Below, piece after piece: positions 1 to 7,415 of a stretch of DNA of 54,126 nucleotides. The stretch comes from Oscillospiraceae bacterium. GTDB lineage: Bacteria; Bacillota; Clostridia; Oscillospirales; Ruminococcaceae. The stretch lies in contig JALEMR010000068.1 in NCBI GenBank assembly GCA_022768245.1, positions 1 to 54,126 on the forward strand, given 5' to 3'. Position 1 is the stretch's first letter; each line of letters begins with the position of its first letter. The position numbers were made by a program, and so were the translations under genes. The notes below the pieces were generated by a model. It was not told where the DNA came from, searched no databases, and saw nothing but the letters and a program-made list of their open reading frames with translations.

Positions 1-396
1 CTCTTTAAGAGAATAGCAGTACGAAAACGCAGAAGCTCCGATAGCGAATTCTTCCTTGTCCTCCTTAACGGTAAAATCGGTCAGAGACCGGCAGAACCCA
101 AAAGCGGAGCCATATATATTGATAAGGCTTCCCTCGACCGAAACGCTTTTCAGATTAATACACTCCACGAACGAACTCGTGCCGAATTCAGCATTTCCCT
201 TTACAACTACTTTTTTAAGATTAGTGCAGTCCATGAATGCTCCTGAACCGAAATAGTAATCGCATGGCGCAGTAACGCTTGTTATTTCGGTATTTCCGAA
301 AAATGCATAATCTCCGACGTAACAGTCCTTGGGAAGAGTAATATCTCCTCCCTTTCCATTATATGAAGCTATGTACTTCATATAAAGAATTGTCAT
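1..396 (-). CDS. BspA-type leucine-rich-repeat protein, N-terminal part. Partial: the gene continues beyond the window start. No signal peptide at its N-terminus
   Basis: The minus-strand translation is open from 396 down to position 1 (MTILYMKYIASYNGKGGDITLPKDCYVGDYAFFGNTEITSVT...). It carries the same repeated ~23-aa LRR motif (xFxxCxxLxSVxIP..VxxIGxxAF) as the 4426..6414 protein. ATGs at 396 and 381 are in frame. Confidence 0.5.
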   Translation of the reverse strand, partial: MTILYMKYIASYNGKGGDITLPKDCYVGDYAFFGNTEITSVTAPCDYYFGSGAFMDCTNLKKVVVKGNAEFGTSSFVECINLKSVSVEGSLINIYGSAFGFCRSLTDFTVKEDKEEFAIGASAFSYCYSLKE

Positions 397-450
397 AAAC
401 CGACAAAAAATATTATATCACTGTATTATCCGATTGTCAACATTTTTTTA

Positions 451-479
451 TTGAAAACCCTGCCGAAATATGGTATAAT
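451..479 (+). promoter_or_regulatory. sigma-A type promoter for the WYL gene pair
   Basis: TTGAAA (451-456), a 17-nt spacer, then TGgTATAAT with TATAAT at 474-479. A GGAGG ribosome-binding site sits before the ATG at 510. Confidence 0.5.
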
Positions 480-509
480 CATTTCATCACATAAACGGAG
501 GACGATACC

Positions 510-1751
510 ATGGCATATTCGGAGCTTATCAAAAATTTCGGACGGATACGCGGCTATATGAAGGAATTCTACATCTACGGCTTTAAAAAGCGAAACGAAT
601 ACACCCGCCGTTCGTCCCGCTCCTACGACAACGAGCGCCGCCGCATAGACAGCTACTTCGGCGAACATATGGGATATCTCCGTTCGAAGGATGGCAAGAA
701 CGTGTTCATATCCGTTGACACCCGAAGCACTCACAAGAATCCCATATACAAGGCGCTCAAAGCAAAAAGCTTCACCGACGGCGATATCACACTCCATTTT
801 ATCCTATTCGATATCCTGCACTCTCCCGAAATATCCCTGCCTATATCCGAGATGACCCGCATCATCGACGAGGAATACATGCAGTGCTTCAGAAAGCCCC
901 TGACCTTCGACGAGTCCACCATTCGGAAAAAGCTCAGGGAATACGCCGATATGGGGCTTATCCTCACCGAAAAATGCGGAAAGCAGACATATTACCGCCG
1001 CTCCGGTGATACTCCCCTGTCCGATGAAATGAGATGCGCCGCGGAGTTTTTCTCCGAGGTCTCGGGCTGCGGCGCGGTCGGAAGCTATATCCTTGACAGA
1101 TATCCCGACGAGGACCCCGTTTTCTCATTCAAGCACCACTATATCAGCGGCGCTCTGGACAGCGAAATACTCTGTGAGCTTTTCCATGCCATACGCAGCA
1201 AATGCTCCGCACGCATCGTATTTGAACCCCGCGGCGGAAAATCTGCGGATACGGCGGATATCGTCCCGCTGAAAATATACAGCGGCGCTCAGAACGGCAG
1301 ACAGTATCTGTTCGCATATCATATCTGCCGCAGGAGGATATGCTCCTATCGGCTCGATTTTATCGGCAGCGTGACCGTCGGAAAGCCCTCGGATATCTTT
1401 GACGAACAGCTCGAAAGCTTCTCGGAAATGCAGAAGCATATGTGGGGAGTATCTCTCGGAAGGTCGGCTCGGACCGAACATGTGGAATTCACCGTGCATA
1501 TCGGCGCGGACGAGGAATACATATATAAGCGCATGCTCCGCGAAAAGCGCTGCGGCGAGGTGGAGCGAGTCGATGACAGCACCTGCAGATTCACTGCCGA
1601 TATATACGATACCAACGAGATAGTCCCATGGGTACGAACCTTCATCTGTCGGATAGAATCGCTGAGCTTCTCGGACAAGACCGTGGAAAACCGTCTGCGA
1701 AGCGATATCGAGGAAATGTACAGGCTTTACGATATAGGAGACGAAGAATGA
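510..1751 (+). CDS. WYL-domain protein with wHTH, WYL and WCX-like regions; putative ligand-responsive transcription regulator
   Basis: 413-aa ORF with a GGAGG ribosome-binding site. The central segment SEMTRIIDEEY...LILTEKCGKQTYY looks like a winged helix. DIVPLKIYSGAQNGRQYLFAYH matches the WYL beta-barrel signature. The C-terminal third is WCX-like. Confidence 0.6.
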   Translation: MAYSELIKNFGRIRGYMKEFYIYGFKKRNEYTRRSSRSYDNERRRIDSYFGEHMGYLRSKDGKNVFISVDTRSTHKNPIYKALKAKSFTDGDITLHFILFDILHSPEISLPISEMTRIIDEEYMQCFRKPLTFDESTIRKKLREYADMGLILTEKCGKQTYYRRSGDTPLSDEMRCAAEFFSEVSGCGAVGSYILDRYPDEDPVFSFKHHYISGALDSEILCELFHAIRSKCSARIVFEPRGGKSADTADIVPLKIYSGAQNGRQYLFAYHICRRRICSYRLDFIGSVTVGKPSDIFDEQLESFSEMQKHMWGVSLGRSARTEHVEFTVHIGADEEYIYKRMLREKRCGEVERVDDSTCRFTADIYDTNEIVPWVRTFICRIESLSFSDKTVENRLRSDIEEMYRLYDIGDEE

Positions 1752-2662
1752 ACCTTTTTCACGAGATATACGGAGTATACTATAAATCGGTGTCAGAAAT
1801 GCTCCGCCTTGCTGTCGGGGGCAGGCTCACCGAAAAGGATATGAAAAGCATCTGCGACAGATACGCCTTCACCGACAGCCATATCGAGATAATTTCCGCC
1901 ATAAAGGGCGAACGCTGGAAGCTTATCCGCTCCGATATGACGACTCCCCTGCGCCATGAGCCGAATGTTCCGCTTACGTCTTTGGAGCTGTCCTGGCTGA
2001 AGGCTGTTTCCCTCGACAAAAGAATGAAGCTCTTTGACGCGGACACCGATTTTCTAAGCGGTGTTGAGCCGCTGTTTCTCCCCGAGGACTACGTGGTATT
2101 CGAACAGTACGGCGACGGCGACCCCTTTGAGGACGAGCATTATATTGAAATTTTCCGAACACTCCTCAAAGCAGTGCGGGAGCGGAAAAAGGTCACGATA
2201 GAATACAACAGCAGCAAGGGCACACATCTGCGTATCACAGGCGACCCATACGAGCCGGAATACTCCGAAAAGGACGACAAGTTCCGTATAAAGCTCGCAG
2301 ACAGCAAATTTGCGGACGTGCTGAATCTGGCAGGCATAGAAAAGTGTGAAATCATCGGAAACGCAGGACCCTCCGCGCAGAAAAGCCGTTTTGCCTCGGA
2401 GGAATATTTCATAGCGGAACTGATCGACGAGCGGAATGCACTGGAACGATTCATGATGCATTTCTCCCACTTCCGCAAGGAAGCCACGGAAATTTCGGAA
2501 AACAAATACAGAATAAAGATATTCTACGACAAAAGCGACGAGACCGAGCTTGTTATCCGCGTGCTGTCCTTCGGGCAGTTTATAAAAATAACCGAGCCGC
2601 AGAGCTTTGTGTCACTTATCCGCGAAAGGCTAATTATGCAGAAAAGGCTTGGCATAAGATAA
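1748..2662 (+). CDS. Second WYL-domain protein (WYL-like plus WCX-like regions), translationally coupled to the upstream gene
   Basis: The track ORF is 1628..2662. The ATG at 1748 overlaps the upstream TGA stop (ATGA) and gives MNLFHEIYGVYY. KKVTIEYNSSKGTHLRITGDPYEP is WYL-like, and the C-terminal KYRIKIFYDKSDETELVIRVLSFGQFIKITEP is WCX-like. Confidence 0.55.
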   Translation: MNLFHEIYGVYYKSVSEMLRLAVGGRLTEKDMKSICDRYAFTDSHIEIISAIKGERWKLIRSDMTTPLRHEPNVPLTSLELSWLKAVSLDKRMKLFDADTDFLSGVEPLFLPEDYVVFEQYGDGDPFEDEHYIEIFRTLLKAVRERKKVTIEYNSSKGTHLRITGDPYEPEYSEKDDKFRIKLADSKFADVLNLAGIEKCEIIGNAGPSAQKSRFASEEYFIAELIDERNALERFMMHFSHFRKEATEISENKYRIKIFYDKSDETELVIRVLSFGQFIKITEPQSFVSLIRERLIMQKRLGIR

Positions 2663-2667
2663 TTTTT

Positions 2668-2706
2668 CCCTGTCTGAATATTTATTCGGACAGGGAGATT
2701 TTTTTA
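2668..2706 (+). terminator. rho-independent terminator after the WYL pair
   Basis: Hairpin ccctgtctgaata / tattcggacaggg followed by agattttttt, immediately after the TAA stop at 2660-2662. Confidence 0.6.
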
Positions 2707-2862
2707 AGTTCGCAACTTTTTTTCCGTGAAAAAAGAAAAATATTCCTGTATACTGATAATCACAGGAAGGTCATTGATGATTGATCTCAAGAAAACGAGT
2801 TATCATCGGGGTGCGCGGGGATTTTCCGAAGCGTATGCCGACGCCTGTCAGGAGGACGCCGT

Positions 2863-2904
2863 TATCGGCACATATTTTTCGCAGGTTCGAATCCTGCTCC
2901 GATA
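2863..2904 (+). other. tRNA 3'-half-like mini-helix (T-arm plus acceptor stem) inside a 515-nt non-coding gap
   Basis: gcagg-TTCGAAT-cctgc is a 5-bp T-stem with a canonical T-loop. It is followed by tccgata, which pairs with the upstream tatcgg(c). There is no D arm or anticodon arm, so this is not a complete tRNA. Confidence 0.3.
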
Positions 2905-3177
2905 TGCATCGGACCCGTGGTTGGGTAACGTTCCCTGTCAAGGAACCCATTATTATGGAGAGGTACAGCAGTCCCGAAGTCATATCCTCCGCACGGAAGA
3001 TAAGACGGAAAATACGCCCTGCGCCCTGTCGGATAGGGATACCGTCTGCAAGAATTATCCGCCGAAAATTTCCGCCCGTCGGAATGCTCCGCCGATAAGA
3101 ACAGCAGACTCAACATATCCGCCGCAATGGGTGTACGGACAGCTGTAACGCAAACTATCACGAAAGGGTGTTATTAT

Positions 3178-4275
3178 ATGAAAACTATAATCAACGAAAA
3201 TCAGAGAGGCTTTCTGTTCAGAAACGGAAAATTCATCAGGGTCCTGCCCGCAGGCAGGCACTACGTCTTTGGCGACTCGCAGATCGAGGTCCACTTCCTC
3301 AGCGACATGATAATATCCGAAAATGCGGAGCTTGACGTACTTCTCGCCGACCCCGTCATCAAGTCGGACAGCACCGAAGTCGAGGTCATGGACTGTCAGC
3401 TTGCCCTCCACTTTGTCAACGGCATCTTCAAAAACGTCCTCACCAAGGGCAGATACGCCTTCTGGACAGTCCACGACAAGCACGAATTCAAGCTCGTTGA
3501 CATTTCATCTCCCGACGTCTCCGACGATATCCCCGAGTACATATTCTCCAGACTGCCCTTGTCGCTGTACACAAGAGTGAACGTTGCTGAGTACCAGCGT
3601 GCACGGCTCTATTTCAACGGCAGATTCGAAAGACTGCTCACCGCAGGAACCTACTACTTCTGGAACACCGACACAAGAGTGACAGTCGAATACTCCGACG
3701 CCCGCCTCACTAAGGCGGATATCACTGGTCAGGAGATACTGACGCAGGATAAGGTCACAGTCAGGGTGAACTTCGTCTGCAGCTACCGCATCACCGACTT
3801 TGTGAAGATATCCTCCGAGATAGACGACTACAAGGAGCAGATACACACCGCCGCACAGCTTGCACTCCGTGATTTCATCGGCAGAAAGAAGATGGACGAG
3901 ATACTCGAAAGCAAGGAGGAAATATCCGAATACGTAATGTCCCGTCTGAAAGCCCGTGAAAAGGACTTTTACGTGGAATTTGCGGACGGCGGCGTAAAGG
4001 ACATCATACTCCCCGGCGAGATACGTGAGATAATGAACACCGTCATCGCCGCTGAAAAGCGTGCACAGGCGAACGTCATCACCAGACGTGAGGAGGTCGC
4101 CTCCACGAGATCGCTGCTGAACACGGCGAAGCTCATGGACGAGAACAAGACCCTCTACAGGCTGAAAGAGCTTGAATACATCGAGCGCATTTTCGGCAAT
4201 GCGGGGAACATCAACGTAAACGGCGGCAGCGATCTGCTCGCGCAGCTTACTGCGGCTATATCGGTCAACAGTTGA
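3178..4275 (+). CDS. SPFH/band-7 (stomatin/HflKC-like) domain protein with no transmembrane segment and a duplicated N-terminal beta-domain
   Basis: The track ORF is 3127..4275. The ATG at 3178 (MKTIINENQ) follows the ribosome-binding site AAAGGGTG. Residues from about 180 onward (TKADITGQEILTQDKVTVRV...VIAAEKRAQANVITRREEVA...) are typical of an SPFH core with its helical tail. The N-terminus carries two similar about 130-aa repeats: ...QRGFLFRNGKFIRVLPAG... and ...QRARLYFNGRFERLLTAG... Confidence 0.7.
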   Translation: MKTIINENQRGFLFRNGKFIRVLPAGRHYVFGDSQIEVHFLSDMIISENAELDVLLADPVIKSDSTEVEVMDCQLALHFVNGIFKNVLTKGRYAFWTVHDKHEFKLVDISSPDVSDDIPEYIFSRLPLSLYTRVNVAEYQRARLYFNGRFERLLTAGTYYFWNTDTRVTVEYSDARLTKADITGQEILTQDKVTVRVNFVCSYRITDFVKISSEIDDYKEQIHTAAQLALRDFIGRKKMDEILESKEEISEYVMSRLKAREKDFYVEFADGGVKDIILPGEIREIMNTVIAAEKRAQANVITRREEVASTRSLLNTAKLMDENKTLYRLKELEYIERIFGNAGNINVNGGSDLLAQLTAAISVNS

Positions 4276-4285
4276 CAGCATACAG

Positions 4286-4339
4286 TTAAGGCGACACCGC
4301 ACAAAGCATGCCCACAAGCTCTGTGCGGTGTCGCCTTAA
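4286..4339. repeat. Palindromic element copy A between convergent genes (complete palindrome)
   Basis: ttaaggcgacaccgcacaaagc...agctctgtgcggtgtcgccttaa is a 16-bp perfect inverted repeat. It shares the core ccgcacaaagcttgtgcgg with copies at 9327..9354 and 10413..10443. Confidence 0.6.
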
Positions 4340-4425
4340 AAATACATTTGACCTCTGCCAATAATGCTGACAGCAAAATGCGAGCAGCTGAACCGGCGGA
4401 TATACGGTCATTATTTCATCGCATG

Positions 4426-6414
4426 TCAGTCCCCTACCACAAGGGTATAATTCTTGCCGCTGTCAACGGTGAAGGTCAGCTTTCCGTTGGCGTCGAGCAC
4501 GCCCTCGGTGACCTTGACCTCGGTGCTGTTCTTGCCCTCGTAGAGAGTTACTGTCTTGCCCGCGTACTTTTTGCCAAGGTCAACGGTGATAACGCCGGGC
4601 TTTCTGGTCTTGTTCATGGTGATCTTATTCATATCGCTGTCGTAGGAGTATATGTAGGAATTCGCAAAAGCGCCCATAACTACGGGGTCTATCCTCATGG
4701 GGATAATTTCCGTTTTAAGCACTCTTCCGCAGACTGTACAGGAGTAGGTTATTTCTCCCTCGCAGTAGGAGGTCGCCTGCTTTGTCACCCTGCCGCCGTC
4801 GGAGGTGTGAGCCTCATAGTCAAGCTTTTCGCTGCATTCTGTGCAGTAATGCCAGTGACCGTTTACGTCGGACATGAGATCTGTGCTTTCCTTGTGGGTG
4901 TGATCAAGCTTTGATACAGGCTCCGTTGTCTGATATCCGCACAGCTGACAAGTAAATGTCTTTACGCCCTCTTCGTACTCGGTGGCTTCCTTGGTGATAA
5001 ATCCCTCGTCAAAGGTATGCTCTGCCTTGTCAAGTATCTCGTCACAATTTTCGTCTGCGCAGATCTTCCAGTGATTTGTTTCATTATACTGCCATTCGCC
5101 CGAATCGTCATGAGCGAGAACGGAACCATATTCCTGTCCGCACAATCCGCAGACAGCCTTCGCTGTGCAGGTCGCCGTGCCGCCTGCGCAGGTGTGATTA
5201 CCCACATACTGACGATACCCCGACGCAACGTAAACAACGGGATAACCGCCGATAGTTAATGGGATAGTAAAAGATGTCTGAACACTGCCAAGGGTCACTC
5301 CTGTTACTGTGACCTTGCCGTCGGAAACGGTGTATCTTACCTGTGTTGCATAATCCGGAATAAATGCATCCCTGACGTCCAGAACCTGAGGGAGGAATAT
5401 GCTTGTAAGGATTGGACACCTGAAAAAAGCCGCATCTCCAATGGAAGTAACGCCGTCCGGGATAGTTATGCTTGTAAGTTTCTCACATTCGGAAAAAGCA
5501 AAATCTCCAATGGAAGTAACGCCGTTCGGGATATCATAGGAAGCTCCGCTCTTATTTGCAGGATATGCGATCAAGGTGGTTTTGTCCTTATTGAACAATA
5601 CGCCCTCAACCGAGCAATAGTTAGAGTTATTATCATCAACTGATATGCTTGTAAGTTTCTCACATTCGGAAAAAGCACAAGATCCAATGGAAGTAACGCT
5701 GTCCGGGATAGTTATGCTTGTAAGGCTTGTACAGCCGACAAAAGCATTATTTCCAATGGAAGTAACGCCGTTCAGGATAGTTATGCTTGTAAGTCTTGAA
5801 CAGTAACTAAAAGCACCATTTCCAATGGAAGTAACGCTGTACGGGATAGTTATGCTTGTAAGGCTTGAACACAATTCAAAAGCAAAATCTCCAATGGAAG
5901 TAACGCTGTCCGGGATAGTTATGCTTGTAAGCCTTGGACACTCGTAAAAAGCATATGGTTCAATGGAAGTAACGCCGTCCGGAATAGTTATGCTTGTAAG
6001 GCTTGAACACCAGCTAAAAGCCCAATTACCAATGTAATTAACGCCGTCCGGGATAGTTATGATTGTAAGTCTTGAACAGTTACTAAAAGCACCATTTCCA
6101 ATGGAAGTTACACCCTGCCCAATATCCACGGATCTAATACTATCCCTGTAACTACTCCACGGAGCATGATTTGAGCCACCCCAATTGTCCATTGCACCGC
6201 TGCCCATAATGGTCAGCTTGCCGGTATCATCAAGCGTCCAAGTAACACTATCGCCGCAAGTGCCTGATTCCGCCGCCGAAGCCACAATAGCATTACCGAA
6301 GCTGATACCGGACATATCCGTTCCCGACGGGAAGGTAAAGGACACAGCCAGCGCAAGAGCCGCCGCTGCCGCTGTTACCCGCCTTATTTTTCTTCTGAAC
6401 TTTTCTTTGCTCAT
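4426..6414 (-). CDS. Secreted BspA-type leucine-rich-repeat surface protein with a Cys/His-rich C-terminal triple repeat
   Basis: The track ORF is 4426..6666. The ATG at 6414 gives [26 protein letters not shown], a signal peptide. About 14 LRR units follow ([34 protein letters not shown]...). The C-terminus holds three H-x-C...C-x-x-C units. Confidence 0.75.
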   Translation of the reverse strand: [662 protein letters not shown]

Positions 6415-6515
6415 AAAAATCAGTCCTTTCATTAAAAATTTTCTGTAAATGCATATGTTTGGTATAAGTATAACATATTTTCCCGCATAATGCAAGGGGG
6501 TATCCAAAATTCCTC

Positions 6516-7343
6516 TCAATATTCCTTCTGTGAGCGCTTTCTGTACTCGGTGGGCGGCATGCCTGCAAATTCGTGAAACCTCCTGCTGAAATACAGCATA
6601 TCCGCAAACCCAAGCGCTTCGGCTATCTCCCCTATCGGCATAAGCGTGGACCGAAGCAGATGACACGCCCTTTTCATTCTCGCCGCATTGTGATACTCCC
6701 CCATGGACATGCCCTTTTCCCTGCGAAATTCTGCCGCCATATGGCTGTAGCTAAGATAGAATCTCTTCTCCACAAGCTCCCTTTTAAAGGGCTTGTCGGT
6801 CTCGGCGTCCAGATATGCGCATATCTTATCCGATACGCTCTCCCGCCGCGGCAGCTTCTCCGAGCCTATCCCGATGAGCAGCTCATAAAACATGGCATTT
6901 ATCCGAAAGCCCTTCAGCGGCTCCTCACTGTGGAAAAGCCTGCACAGCTCATACAGCTTATCCTCGTGGACGCTCCCCCCGAGCCCCCGCAGCTTTTTCG
7001 GCAGGATAAGCGTATCATCGGCGTCTGCGACGTTCTCCCGCAGACAGAAATGCGCATATATCCAGCTTGTCCCGCGGAGAGTCTCACGCTTTCCGAAATG
7101 CCGCAGACCGCGTTTTAAAAACAGCATTTCTCCCGGGGATATCTCATAGTCGCGGCCGTCCTCGGTGACGTACATCACTCCGTCGGTCACGCAGATAAGC
7201 ACGTTGAAATCCGCCGTTCTGTCCATGTGGAAGAAATCCTCCGAAGCGGTGAGGATACCGCAGTCGGTCACATCGGGCAGCTCTGTCTTATTTATAGATA
7301 TGCTGTAAGTATTATTATCCATATAAATAATATATCTCTCCAT
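6516..7343 (-). CDS. AraC-family transcriptional regulator (cupin sensor plus AraC HTH)
   Basis: The C-terminal region (KICAYLDAETDKPFKRELVEKRFYLSYSHMAAEFRREKGMSMGEYHNAARMKRACHLL) is an AraC-type HTH. It is divergent from the GH127 gene. Confidence 0.8.
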   Translation of the reverse strand: MERYIIYMDNNTYSISINKTELPDVTDCGILTASEDFFHMDRTADFNVLICVTDGVMYVTEDGRDYEISPGEMLFLKRGLRHFGKRETLRGTSWIYAHFCLRENVADADDTLILPKKLRGLGGSVHEDKLYELCRLFHSEEPLKGFRINAMFYELLIGIGSEKLPRRESVSDKICAYLDAETDKPFKRELVEKRFYLSYSHMAAEFRREKGMSMGEYHNAARMKRACHLLRSTLMPIGEIAEALGFADMLYFSRRFHEFAGMPPTEYRKRSQKEY

Positions 7344-7415
7344 TCAAAACAGGGTATATTAATATTATAATACATATATAACACGATGTCAACCACACAG
7401 CAAAGGAGAATGGAT

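Noticed and set aside
426-797. 123-aa minus-strand ORF overlapping the promoter and 5' end of the first WYL gene
   Set aside because: It is antisense to a well-supported gene with a ribosome-binding site and promoter. It has no ribosome-binding site of its own and no recognisable motifs.
2726-3161. Three overlapping track ORFs (2726..3148 +, 2781..3098 +, 2862..3161 -) in the gap between the WYL pair and the SPFH gene
   Set aside because: The peptides are low-complexity and Arg/Pro-rich. They mutually overlap in different frames and lack ribosome-binding sites. The region is better explained as non-coding, with a tRNA-like fragment.
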